Below are positions 1 to 8,951 of a DNA stretch of 60,472 nt, one piece after another. The notes below the pieces were generated by a model. It had not been told where the DNA came from. It saw only the letters and a list, made by a program, of their open reading frames with translations, and did not search any database. Source of the stretch: Gemmatimonadota bacterium. GTDB taxonomy: Bacteria > Gemmatimonadota > Gemmatimonadetes > Gemmatimonadales > Gemmatimonadaceae. The DNA lies in assembly GCA_031372565.1 (NCBI GenBank), contig JANMLN010000145.1:1-60472 (forward strand). Reading direction: 5' to 3'. Numbering within the stretch: position 1 is the first letter of the stretch; every line of letters starts with the position of its first letter. Made by a program: the position numbers and the translations under genes.

Positions 1-53
1 GCGACCTTGGCCTTGAAGGCGGGGGCGTGATTGCGACGGGGACGACGGGACAT
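1..53 (-). CDS. IS3-family transposase OrfA, N-terminus only (partial)
   Basis: Translates MSRRPRRNHAPAFKAKVA, the characteristic start of IS3-family OrfA HTH proteins. SD AAGGAG upstream. Not in the ORF track because it is cut by the window edge. Confidence 0.88.
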   Translation of the reverse strand, partial: MSRRPRRNHAPAFKAKV

Positions 54-141
54 GGGGTGCTCCTTGGGGATAGGGCGATGTAACGCCCGGGGAGCCCTGC
101 TGTCTACATAGCCGGCTGTTCAGAAGACCGGAGCCACTTCA
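1..141 (-). mobile_element. Left end of an IS3-family insertion sequence, continuing beyond the window start
   Basis: Minus strand from 141 reads TGAAGTGGCTCCGGTCTTCTGAACAGCC, a 5'-TG IS3-like terminal repeat. It is followed by AAGGAG and an ATG at 53 opening an OrfA-like frame. Confidence 0.85.
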
Positions 142-284
142 ATGTACTCATCGGGCCGTACATCGTCCGTTCAGTTCGGTCGTCCTCGGCGGGCTCTGAT
201 GCCCGTCAACTGCACGACGCGCTGGCATGCCCTTCGTCGCTCGACACTCGGTCGACGGCGAGTCATCCTCTATGCGGAGATTAC

Positions 285-872
285 ATGAGACTTAGCAAGG
301 CTCTGGCTGCAGTCGGCCTCGCGACCATGGTCGCCACGGCGCCGGTTGGCGCGCAGGTCACCGTCAACTTCAATGGGGGCACCACGGGTAGCAGCGTCGG
401 CAATGCCTTCATTGCCCTTGGCGTGACCTTTCAGAACGTCCAGTACACGAATGTGTTCGGAACTGATGTCGGATGTTCTGTCTGTTCACGCGTTCCGTTC
501 CAGAACCAGCCTTCGCAGCCGATGATCGCGCTCTTCAACTCGGCCGTGAGTGACGTGTCGCTGCTCGGAAAGGACATCGGAGCCAACGGCTTCGTGATCA
601 CGGCGTTCGATGCATACCTGGGCGGCAACGTGGTCGGCTCATCCTCGATCTACGGTCCGAGCGCGGGCGTGGGCAACAACGTCACGCTTTCAGTTTTCGG
701 CAGCGGCATTCTTCGTCTGGAGTGGTCGCAGATCTTGAACAATCCGGGTGATGGTGCGGTCTACGACGATCTGACCTTCACGGAGAACGCCGTTCCCGAG
801 CCCGCCTCGCTCGCCCTTCTCGCGACGGGCTTGCTCGGCGTCGGCATCGTGGCGCGCCGCCGCAAGGCGTAG
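285..872 (+). CDS. PEP-CTERM sorting domain surface protein
   Basis: Signal peptide; C-terminal VPEPASLALLATGLLGVGIVARRRKA (PEP motif, TM helix, basic tail); GGAG RBS. Confidence 0.95.
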   Translation: MRLSKALAAVGLATMVATAPVGAQVTVNFNGGTTGSSVGNAFIALGVTFQNVQYTNVFGTDVGCSVCSRVPFQNQPSQPMIALFNSAVSDVSLLGKDIGANGFVITAFDAYLGGNVVGSSSIYGPSAGVGNNVTLSVFGSGILRLEWSQILNNPGDGAVYDDLTFTENAVPEPASLALLATGLLGVGIVARRRKA

Positions 873-891
873 TCGCTCATCGAAACGACGA

Positions 892-923
892 GCCCCGCCG
901 AGCATCGCATCGCTCGGCGGGGC
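892..923. terminator. GC-rich hairpin between convergent genes, probable terminator
   Basis: GCCCCGCCGAGC (892-903) and GCTCGGCGGGGC (912-923) form a perfect 12-bp stem 20 nt after the PEP-CTERM stop. U-tract is weak. Confidence 0.65.
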
Positions 924-982
924 ATTGTCATTGTCGCCCATACGGTGACTGTCGAAGGCGCGCCTGCGCGGTGTCGCTCGGG

Positions 983-1375
983 TTACGGCGCGACCCGGAG
1001 TCGATCGCGCTCGTGCCACTCGAGCGCGGCGAGCCCGCCGACGAACAGCCCTTCGCCAACCAGATGCGCGAGCCCGAGCCAGGACGCCGTGTGCGCAAAG
1101 CGAAGCGCCGCGAGCATGCAGAGCACGGCCCATGCCGCGTTGGCGCTCACAAGCAGGACGAGCAGCGCATACGGTCGGCGCTCCCGACGCACGAGCATGC
1201 CGGAGTACGCGCCGTAGGCCAGGTTGGCGATTCCCGTCGTCATGACCAGCCATCGCGGGAGGCGGTAGAGCTCGGTGAGCCACGGGGACAGCACCAGCAC
1301 AAAAACGCCGACGGTCAATCCCGCCCTGCTGTCGATCCACAGGAGATGCGTGCGCATGCGCGCGGGGAGGCTCAT
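983..1375 (-). CDS. Small integral membrane protein (about 4 TM), function unknown
   Basis: MSLPARMRTHLLWIDSRAGLTVGVFVL...LVSANAAWAVLC...GEGLFVGGLAALEW; four hydrophobic segments. Start chosen at ATG 1375. Confidence 0.8.
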   Translation of the reverse strand: MSLPARMRTHLLWIDSRAGLTVGVFVLVLSPWLTELYRLPRWLVMTTGIANLAYGAYSGMLVRRERRPYALLVLLVSANAAWAVLCMLAALRFAHTASWLGLAHLVGEGLFVGGLAALEWHERDRLRVAP

Positions 1376-1551
1376 GGCAGTTCTCGCATGGTCGTGGAAA
1401 AGGTGCCGTGTCGCACTGGAATGCTCGCGCGATAAGATCGCAACGCCGCGCCGCGTTACGCCATGGGTCATCAACACCCCCCGCCGGCCACAGCACGTCC
1501 CAGTATCTTCCCGCGTCACCCTCGACGGTTTGCGTCCCTGACCGACTGATC

Positions 1552-2610
1552 ATGCGAGCACACCGCCTGCTGCGTCACCTCCTCTCCGCGGTCGCATCTG
1601 TCTGGCTCGCGGTCGGGTGTACGAACGCACGCACGGAGAGTGGCCTCACAGCTCCTTCTCCGGTCGCCCCCGCTCCCGGCGTCGCAGCCTGGTTCGCCGG
1701 CAACACGGTCGATGCCTCCACGACGCCAAGCGGCGGTGTCTACCTCGGCGGTGGTGGTACCGACATCGACGCCGGGATGACCTGGCTGTTGGCGCGCGGC
1801 GGTGCGCGCGGAACCAATCAGTACGGCGACGTGGTCGTCCTCCGCGCGAGCGGCAGCGATGGCTACAACAGCTACTTGCTTGGCCTCGGTGCGAACTCGG
1901 TCACCAGCCTCGTCATCACGTCCGTCGAGGGCGCCAACAGTGCGTACGTGCGGCGCGCGATCGAGCGGGCCGAGGTGGTGTTTCTGGCGGGTGGTGATCA
2001 GTCGAAGTACGTCAATTTCTGGAGGGGAACGACGCTGGTCTCGGCGGTCAATGCGCGGATCGCTGCCGGCTATCCCGTGGGTGGAACGAGCGCTGGCCTC
2101 GCGGTGCTCGGCGAGCATGTGTACGCGGCCTACAACCTCTCGACCAGATCAGCTGTTGCGCTGGCCAACCCGTACGATTCCTCGGTCACGCTGACGACCG
2201 CGCTGTTCAACGTTCCCTTGCTGCGCAACGTGCTGACCGACTCGCATTTCCGGACGCGTGATCGCATGGGGCGGTTGATGGCATTTCTGGCGCGCCTCCA
2301 GCAGGACGGCGTGGCGACGACGCTGCCGTTGGCCATCGGCGTGGATGAACAGTCTGGCGTTGGGGTGATGCCCGATCAGTCGGCGGTCGTGTTCGGGCCC
2401 GGGGCTGGCGCCTACTTCCTGAAGGTCACGACGGCAAGCGCTCGAGTCTGCGTCGCGGCAACGCCGCTGACGCTCACGAGCGTAGATGCGCAGCGCGTTG
2501 CTCCGGGTCAGACCTTTCATCTGGGGACGTGGAGCGGTCCCGCGGCACTGCGCTACGTGCTCGCCGCGACGGCAGGTGTCCTGACATCCACGGCGACGGG
2601 CATCTACTGA
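1552..2610 (+). CDS. Cyanophycinase-like peptidase (S51 family), predicted lipoprotein
   Basis: Motifs LAGGDQS, GGTSAG (nucleophile Ser), DSHF, RDRMGRL, IGVDE; lipobox LAVGC. Start at ATG 1552. Confidence 0.88.
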   Translation: MRAHRLLRHLLSAVASVWLAVGCTNARTESGLTAPSPVAPAPGVAAWFAGNTVDASTTPSGGVYLGGGGTDIDAGMTWLLARGGARGTNQYGDVVVLRASGSDGYNSYLLGLGANSVTSLVITSVEGANSAYVRRAIERAEVVFLAGGDQSKYVNFWRGTTLVSAVNARIAAGYPVGGTSAGLAVLGEHVYAAYNLSTRSAVALANPYDSSVTLTTALFNVPLLRNVLTDSHFRTRDRMGRLMAFLARLQQDGVATTLPLAIGVDEQSGVGVMPDQSAVVFGPGAGAYFLKVTTASARVCVAATPLTLTSVDAQRVAPGQTFHLGTWSGPAALRYVLAATAGVLTSTATGIY

Positions 2611-2701
2611 AAGCGCGCGCCGCAGAACGCCGAGACGCGTGAGCGCCGGCACCGCGACTCCGCGTGAAGCAGTCGAACGCGGGTGAGCTGTCGCCAGCGC
2701 G

Positions 2702-3127
2702 TCAGGTCGCCCGGGCTCCGCACAGGTCGACGGCAAGCGCTTCCGTGCCATCGGGAAGCACGTTGAACATGCGAAAGCTGAAGTGATCCGGGTCGCACCA
2801 GTCGAGCACGATGCGCCAGCCCCAATCCGGTGATCCGTCGCCGGCGGGGTACGTGGCATACAGGGCGAGCGTGCTCCCGTCGGCGCGGCCGTGCAGGACC
2901 AGCCCACTCGCCGCGTGGAAGGTGTCGGTGAAATCCCCTCGGCATGACTTGGCGGGGCCGCGAAGCAGGAGTGTTCCCTCGTGCGGTGCCCCGTCGTGTG
3001 CCCAACGCACCGCCACACGGTCGGCGGCGATCACGAGCGTTCCGTCGGACACGTGGGCAGGTGTGCCCGGCATGAACCAGAGACGGTTCGGTCCGACGAA
3101 CTGACCGTGGTGCGATGCAGGAATCAT
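2702..3127 (-). CDS. Hypothetical beta-rich protein, DUF1579-like
   Basis: GPNRLWF...DTFH...YPAGDGSPDWGWRI...RMFNVLPDG.EALAV pattern recalls DUF1579-type proteins. Confidence 0.6.
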   Translation of the reverse strand: MIPASHHGQFVGPNRLWFMPGTPAHVSDGTLVIAADRVAVRWAHDGAPHEGTLLLRGPAKSCRGDFTDTFHAASGLVLHGRADGSTLALYATYPAGDGSPDWGWRIVLDWCDPDHFSFRMFNVLPDGTEALAVDLCGARAT

Positions 3128-3269
3128 GCATGCATCATGCATCACACCGTGATGCGCCGCAAGGCGATGCTCGCTGCACGAGGGGGCGGCCGGCCGTCGA
3201 TCGAGCGTGCATCGAGCAATCGCCGTGCGGACGGCTCACGAGAGGCGGCACCAACGCGTCGCCCGCTGC

Positions 3270-3605
3270 CTACGCCGTTCCTCGCGCGCGGCGCACGAGT
3301 GTCATCCCGGCGGCGCTGCACGCGCCAAAACTTCCGGCCACCGCCGCAATCGCGCCACTCGACGTGGCGCCGAGCGCGAACGCCGTGAGCGTGGCACACA
3401 CGGCCGCGACCAGCCAGGCGATCGCGACGTGGAGCGCACGCGGTGCGCGGGAGGCCCGCGGTCGCCAGAGGATGACGGCAGCACCGAGCGACGACGCCAG
3501 CGCGGTCCAGAGATAGCGCGCATCGGTACCCGTCGTCAGCAGGCGCAAGGCGCCGAAGATGATGGGCATGGCAACGACACCGAAGGCAAAGGCGCGCTTG
3601 ATCAT
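3270..3605 (-). CDS. Small membrane protein (about 4 TM), function unknown
   Basis: Strong GGAGG RBS before ATG; hydrophobic helices. Confidence 0.8.
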   Translation of the reverse strand: MIKRAFAFGVVAMPIIFGALRLLTTGTDARYLWTALASSLGAAVILWRPRASRAPRALHVAIAWLVAAVCATLTAFALGATSSGAIAAVAGSFGACSAAGMTLVRRARGTA

Positions 3606-3735
3606 CGGACCTCCACCGGAAAGGGCGTCGCTCGCAGCGGCTCCGGCTCACACGACAGCGACGGCTGACGCGTCGATGCGCACACGACCGCCCCCGACCA
3701 CGATACACGTATCCGGGCATCGGCGCCAATCGGCG

Positions 3736-4287
3736 CTACGCGCCCGACGTCGAGCCTGGCGTTCCGGTCGCGAGGATCCTGGCGATCTGTTGACGATGCG
3801 AGAGGTCGTGTCCTGCGTTGATGCGCACCAGTTCTGCCAGCGACTCGGGGCCACGGTCGCCATGGATGCCGATGCGCGACCAGTCAGCCGGGCTGAGCGA
3901 ACGCCAGAGCGCGAGATGCCGTGCGCGCAACAACTCGAGCGTGAGCAGCGACGATGCGATGTCGCCGGTGCCGTACGCGCCGCGTGCCGCCCAACCATCC
4001 TGGTCGAAGCTCGGCAACACGGGCCGGTCGTGGGTCAGCACTTGGCGCAGCCGATATCCGAACACCAGCTCGACATCCACGAGATGATCAATGACCGCAG
4101 CGACCGACCACTTACCTGGCGCTTCCGGAGCGCGAAGCCGGGCATCTGAGCTCCCGGCGATCAGCTCGCGCACCGTCGGCGCCAGTTCGGCGAGCACGTC
4201 GAGCGGGTCGCGCGTACCGAGCAGCGCGACGACACCAGCCGTGAAGGAACGCCAGCCCGTGGTGTCGCCGAGTGCGGGAGTTGTCAT
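3736..4287 (-). CDS. DinB/YfiT-family protein
   Basis: PGKWSVAAVIDHLVDVE, FDQD.WA and HDLSH metal-ligand pattern. Confidence 0.92.
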   Translation of the reverse strand: MTTPALGDTTGWRSFTAGVVALLGTRDPLDVLAELAPTVRELIAGSSDARLRAPEAPGKWSVAAVIDHLVDVELVFGYRLRQVLTHDRPVLPSFDQDGWAARGAYGTGDIASSLLTLELLRARHLALWRSLSPADWSRIGIHGDRGPESLAELVRINAGHDLSHRQQIARILATGTPGSTSGA

Positions 4288-4460
4288 GGGTGATGCTGTC
4301 GTGTGATGAGAGGATGCACAAAGGTGCGAAGCGACCCGCGCTCACGCGAGCGCGGGCCCGCCGCGTCGTTCCCCCGCGCACGCCACCCTTGTCGAGCACG
4401 CGATTCGGCGTTACGTATGCGCGCTCTCGATGGACGTCCTTTTCTGCGCAGGAGCAGCTG

Positions 4461-4853
4461 ATGTCGAACGTACAGACCATGCAGGCGGCGTATGCCGCCT
4501 TCGGGAACAACGATCCCTCGGTGCTGTTCGGTGCCATGGCGCCCGACATCCAGTGGCACGAGGCCGAGGGCAATCCGCTTGCCGACCGCAATCCATACGT
4601 TGGCCCACAAGCGATAGGCGAAGGGGTGTTTGGTCGGTTGCTCGCTGCCATTGACGGTTTTTCCGCCGTGCCCGATCGCTTCATCGACGGCGGTGACGAC
4701 GTCATCGTGTTCGGCCGCTATCGCGGCACGATGAAGCAGAACGGCGCCGCGCTCGATGCACCGTACTGCCATGCCTACCACTTCCGTGGCGACCGGATCG
4801 TGTCGTTCCAGCAGTACACGGACACGGCGCAGTGGGCGCGACTGATGCCGTAG
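4461..4853 (+). CDS. SnoaL-like / NTF2-family protein
   Basis: YAAF...DIQWHEAEG.P...Y.GP.AI...FQQYTDTA; AGGAG RBS before ATG 4461. Confidence 0.92.
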   Translation: MSNVQTMQAAYAAFGNNDPSVLFGAMAPDIQWHEAEGNPLADRNPYVGPQAIGEGVFGRLLAAIDGFSAVPDRFIDGGDDVIVFGRYRGTMKQNGAALDAPYCHAYHFRGDRIVSFQQYTDTAQWARLMP

Positions 4854-4866
4854 CAGGGGGCGTCCC

Positions 4867-6297
4867 TCAGAACGGCGCCAGTCGCTCCACAACGAGCGCG
4901 CTGCCGCTCCCCGGATGCACGAACGCCAGCCGTTCGGCGTGCAACTGCAGCCGCTCACCCTCGAGCGGTGGCGTCCGACCATACAGCCGGTCGCCCACGA
5001 TGGGCGCATCGAGCCCCTCCGGGTGCGCCGCATGCACGCGCAGTTGGTGCGTGCGACCCGTGCGCGGCGTGAACCGCACCCGGCTGCGCCCGTTCACGCG
5101 CGCGACCACGGTCCACTCCGTCTCGGTCGGCTTGCCGTGCACGGGATCGTGGATGTGCCGCGGTCGGTCGTCGACGTCCAGACGCAGCGGCAACGTGATG
5201 CGCCCGTGCTCCGCCGCCACGTCGCCGTCCACCCAGGCGACATACTGCTTGTCGATCAGCCGCAACGAGAACATCCGCTGCAGCGCCGATGCGGTCACGC
5301 GATCCTTCGCCACCAACAGCAGCCCCGACGTGTCGAGGTCGAGGCGATGCACCACCAGGGGACCCGTGGCGTCGGGGTAGCGCGCCCGAAGTCGCGTCAC
5401 CACCGAATCCTGAAGCAACGCACTGCGACCCGGAACCGTGAGCAGACCGCTCGGCTTGTCCACCACGAGCAACTGGTCGTCTTCGTACACCACGCCGGGC
5501 TCTGACGGGTCGATGGCGGCCGAGCCGTAGAGCGGCGGCGGATCGACCGGCAGCCCGTCGAGCATGTGCGTGAGAATCGGCAGGCACTTGCCGCGACAGG
5601 CCGCGTAGAACACGCCGGGGTGGCGGTCACCCGTCGGCGAAGGTGCGCCCCACCAGAGCTCCGCCAGCGCGAGTGGTCGCAGCCCGAGCCGGTAGGCGTG
5701 TGCGAGCAGCTTCGGCGCGGCGCAGTCCCCCGAGCCGCCCGGTGGTTCCACCGGCGCGAAGAGCGAACGCAACGATCGCACCTCCCCGCGCGCGTTCATG
5801 AACTGGTAGCTCTCCTGGATCTGGCGCATCAGCGCGCGTGAGCGGTCCGATCGCGCCTCGTCGATGTTGCGGAGCGTCGCGGCAGCACGATCTGCATCAG
5901 CCGCACGCTCGTGATCGGCGATGGTGGCCAGCAGCGCGGCGCGGTGTGCCGCGAAGTCGTGCATCTCGGCCGCCCCAGGCACCCACACCAGGTCGCGCAC
6001 CGCGGGATCAAAGGTCGGAGGAACCCAGCCGTCGATGTCCCATTGTCCATTCACCATGCCCGAGAAGCCGCGCAGATAGCCGATCGACCCGTCGCGGTCC
6101 GCGACCACCAGCACCCCGAACATCTTGCCGTTCCCCGGCTCATGCAGACGCCACGCGCGCGCGTCGTGCGCCTCCACCGAGTCGACGAGCTCCAGCGCGG
6201 CGCGGCGCGCCAGCGGGTGCACCGCGCTCCGATCGAACGGGCTCGGAAAGCGGGTGGGCCAGTCCGTCGCGTGTGGTGCGGGCGTGAACACGATCAT
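4867..6297 (-). CDS. RluA-family pseudouridine synthase with long N-terminal extension
   Basis: VDKPSGLLTVPG, VHRLDLDTSGLL (catalytic Asp), TGRTHQLRVH, PIVGDRLYG, RLQLHA; N-terminal GKMFGVLVV...CAAPKLL...CRGKC domain. Confidence 0.93.
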   Translation of the reverse strand: MIVFTPAPHATDWPTRFPSPFDRSAVHPLARRAALELVDSVEAHDARAWRLHEPGNGKMFGVLVVADRDGSIGYLRGFSGMVNGQWDIDGWVPPTFDPAVRDLVWVPGAAEMHDFAAHRAALLATIADHERAADADRAAATLRNIDEARSDRSRALMRQIQESYQFMNARGEVRSLRSLFAPVEPPGGSGDCAAPKLLAHAYRLGLRPLALAELWWGAPSPTGDRHPGVFYAACRGKCLPILTHMLDGLPVDPPPLYGSAAIDPSEPGVVYEDDQLLVVDKPSGLLTVPGRSALLQDSVVTRLRARYPDATGPLVVHRLDLDTSGLLLVAKDRVTASALQRMFSLRLIDKQYVAWVDGDVAAEHGRITLPLRLDVDDRPRHIHDPVHGKPTETEWTVVARVNGRSRVRFTPRTGRTHQLRVHAAHPEGLDAPIVGDRLYGRTPPLEGERLQLHAERLAFVHPGSGSALVVERLAPF

Positions 6298-6376
6298 GGG
6301 CGAAGCACGATGGAGCGACCTCGTGTTGTGCGATTCGGCGGCGTGGTGTGGAGCCCCCACTTGCCGCACGCGCCTG

Positions 6377-6781
6377 TCAGGCGCCGTCGGGAGCGCCGAG
6401 CAGGTCCCAGCGATTCCCCTCGAGGTCAAGAAAGACCGCCACGTGGCCGTAGGGTTCGACACGCGGTTCCGACACGAACGACACGCCGGCGGCGAGCATG
6501 CGGCCATGCATCGCGTGGAAATCATCGACACGCAGAAAGAAGCCCACTCGGCCACCACACTGGTTGCCAACGACAGCCGCTTGATGGCTGCCGTCCGCGC
6601 GCGCGAGCAGAAGTCCCGTTCCGCCGTCGCGAGGGCGCACCACCACCCATCGTTTCGGACGACCGTCGTTGCTCAGCGATGGGGTGTCCTCGACCAGCGC
6701 AAACTGCAGCACGTTCACGAAGAAGGCGATCGCGGGGTCGTACTCCCTGACCACCAACGTTACCAGATCGATCCGGGACAC
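6377..6781 (-). CDS. VOC/glyoxalase-family protein
   Basis: LVTLVVREYDPAIAFF...KRWVVVRP...EPYGHVAVFLDLEGNRWDLL; GTG start after AGGAG. Confidence 0.92.
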   Translation of the reverse strand: MSRIDLVTLVVREYDPAIAFFVNVLQFALVEDTPSLSNDGRPKRWVVVRPRDGGTGLLLARADGSHQAAVVGNQCGGRVGFFLRVDDFHAMHGRMLAAGVSFVSEPRVEPYGHVAVFLDLEGNRWDLLGAPDGA

Positions 6782-6848
6782 GCGCGCACTCCTGTGATGA
6801 TGGTCGCCCTGCAGCAGTTCGGCCGTGGCACCGAAAGCCAACCGACGC

Positions 6849-7109
6849 TCACCTGCCGTCCGAACGCGGCAACCGCACGTCGGTGGGGGGTGCGAGTTCG
6901 CGAAGCGGAGCCGCGCCCTCGGTCAGCGCGGGTGCGTCGGTGCGCCCTTCGAGCGCGCGCACGCGCGCTTCGAGTTCCGCAATCAACAGACGCTCCTTCG
7001 CGCCCGCTTCGACGGCACGAACGTAGCGTCGCGTCCAGTAGAGGCCCCCCGCGAGCGCACTTCCCCAGAAGAGGACCGCTCCCCAGAAACTGGCCCAGAA
7101 CATGTGCAA
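6849..7109 (-). CDS. Small single-TM protein with short coiled coil
   Basis: FWASFWGAVLFWGSALAGGLYW TM segment followed by IAELEARVRALE heptads. Confidence 0.6.
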   Translation of the reverse strand: MHMFWASFWGAVLFWGSALAGGLYWTRRYVRAVEAGAKERLLIAELEARVRALEGRTDAPALTEGAAPLRELAPPTDVRLPRSDGR

Positions 7110-7474
7110 TTCACCTTGAGTCGGAGGCTAGCCGCTGGCGCTGACCAAGCCAAGCGAGCAGAGCTGATGTTCGAGTGCGACACGACGAGTTCGACGTGAG
7201 CGGCGGGACCGTCCACACCAAGATGGTAGCCGTGCGGCGCCATCCTCGGCAGGCCGTCCAGCTCACAGGCGATTGCCTTGTGCGTCACGCATCCGCCGCG
7301 CAGCACGACCTGGGTGGTCACACGTCGGTTACCCCAACCCGAGGAGCGCCCACGGCGGCGTTGGGGTGGCCTCTCCGCTTGCCGTCACACTGCGATTCAC
7401 CTACCGTTCTCATGCTGAAGTGACCTGATCGCGGCCCTGACACATGCCGCCCACACGCTTGGGAGACCTCGACG

Positions 7475-8875
7475 ATGCGACCAACCGACCGACGGCGTGA
7501 CAGGCCACGCGCACGCAACGGACGCACCCGGCTGGCGCAGCTGCTCGCGCTTGCGGGGCTCGCGTTCGCGGGAGTCGCCGCTGCGCGGCACAACCCTCCG
7601 CTCGTCGCCCAGGACACCGAGCCCACGTTCACGGCCGACGTCGCGCCCATCATCTACAAGAACTGCGCCTCCTGCCATCATCCCGGCGGACTCGGCCCCT
7701 TCTCGCTCGTGGAGTATGACAGCGTGAAGAAGCGGGTGGGCGACATCGAGGATGCGGTCCGCGACGGCGTGATGCCGCCGTGGCACGCCGAGGGACCGCG
7801 CGGGAAGTTCAGCAATGACCGACGGCTCCCCGACCTCGACAAGGCGACGCTGCTGCGGTGGATCGCCTCGGGGGCCAGAAAGGGCGACATGCGCGCCATG
7901 CCGCCCAAGCCGGAGTTCCCCACCGGATGGGAGATGGGCAGGCCGGATGCGATCGTGGCGATGCCCGAGGACTTCATGGTGCCCGCGAGCGGCACGGTGG
8001 AGTACCAGTACTTCGAGATTCCCACCGGCTTTACCGAGGACAAGTGGATCCAGGCGATCGAGTTCAAGCCGGGCGCCCGCGAGGTGGTGCATCACGTGCT
8101 CGTGTACGCGAAGGTGCCGCCGGCGCCGGTCGTGGCAGGGGCACCGCGTCCAGCGGCTCCCCCGCCGGGCGCCCCGGCCGCGAAGCCGCTCTTCGTGCGC
8201 AAGGAGCAGTTCGATTCGCCTGAGGACCCGCCGCGTCTCGATACGCTGCATCCGCCGCCGCGCCGTCTGGGCACGCTCATTGGCGGCACGGCGCCGGGCA
8301 CCAACATGATGGTGTTCCCCGCCGGGACCGCGCTGCGGCTCCGCGCCGGCACGGTGCTCACCTTCCAGATGCACTACACGGCCAAGGGGCACGCCATGCA
8401 CGACCGCACCAGCGTCGGCTTCCGCTTTGCAGCGGGGGTGCCCGACGACGAGATGCGCATGTCCGCGTTCATCAACGGGGCGTTCACGCTCCCCGCCGGG
8501 CAGAAGGACATTGCCGTTCCCTCGGAACTCGAGCCCACCGAGGCGATCAAGATCTGGGGGATCCTGCCGCACACGCACCTGCGCGGCACCGGGTGGAAGT
8601 ACACGCTCGAGAAGCCGGACGGCAGCTCGGAGGTCGTCCTCGACGTGCCGCGCTACGACTTCAACTGGCAGACGTACTACTTCTTCGCGAACCCGCTCGA
8701 CGTGCCGGCCAACGCGAAGCTCAAGTCGATGGCGTGGTACGACAACTCTGCCACGAACAAGAGCAATCCTGACCCCACGATCAACGTGAAGTGGGGCGAC
8801 CAGACGTGGGAGGAGATGCAGTACACGGCGTTCCTGTACACGGTGAACAGCCGCAAGCTCAAGACAGCGAAGTAG
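7475..8875 (+). CDS. Exported cytochrome c plus copper type II (PHM/DBH-like) monooxygenase fusion
   Basis: Signal peptide; CASCH heme-c motif with MPPW distal Met; VVHHVL, QMHY, PHTHLRG and EEM copper-ligand motifs; YDFNWQ. Confidence 0.85.
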   Translation: MRPTDRRRDRPRARNGRTRLAQLLALAGLAFAGVAAARHNPPLVAQDTEPTFTADVAPIIYKNCASCHHPGGLGPFSLVEYDSVKKRVGDIEDAVRDGVMPPWHAEGPRGKFSNDRRLPDLDKATLLRWIASGARKGDMRAMPPKPEFPTGWEMGRPDAIVAMPEDFMVPASGTVEYQYFEIPTGFTEDKWIQAIEFKPGAREVVHHVLVYAKVPPAPVVAGAPRPAAPPPGAPAAKPLFVRKEQFDSPEDPPRLDTLHPPPRRLGTLIGGTAPGTNMMVFPAGTALRLRAGTVLTFQMHYTAKGHAMHDRTSVGFRFAAGVPDDEMRMSAFINGAFTLPAGQKDIAVPSELEPTEAIKIWGILPHTHLRGTGWKYTLEKPDGSSEVVLDVPRYDFNWQTYYFFANPLDVPANAKLKSMAWYDNSATNKSNPDPTINVKWGDQTWEEMQYTAFLYTVNSRKLKTAK

Positions 8876-8882
8876 GGAGCGA

Positions 8883-8922
8883 CGGGGCGCGTGCCGCACC
8901 ACCCGCATCGGCACGCGCCCCG
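8883..8922. terminator. 14-bp perfect hairpin between the monooxygenase and kinase genes
   Basis: CGGGGCGCGTGCCG (8883-8896) and CGGCACGCGCCCCG (8909-8922). No U-tract, so it may be a terminator or an mRNA-stabilising stem. Confidence 0.55.
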
Positions 8923-8951
8923 AACGTTCCACGTCTCCCCGCACGTGGCGC

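Noticed and set aside
1552..2610. Cyanophycin metabolism locus (cphB)
   Set aside because: No cyanophycin synthetase in the window; exported S51 peptidases need not act on cyanophycin, so no symbol was assigned.
3113..3156. ATGC/TGCATCA micro-repeats and GCATCAC-acc-GTGATGC dyad at a gene start
   Set aside because: Short and low in complexity, with no cognate regulator nearby; cannot be distinguished from chance.
983..7109. Run of small mostly same-strand accessory genes as an integron cassette array
   Set aside because: No attC-like RYYYAAC...GTTRRRY sites or repeated spacers seen, no integrase, and orientation is mixed.
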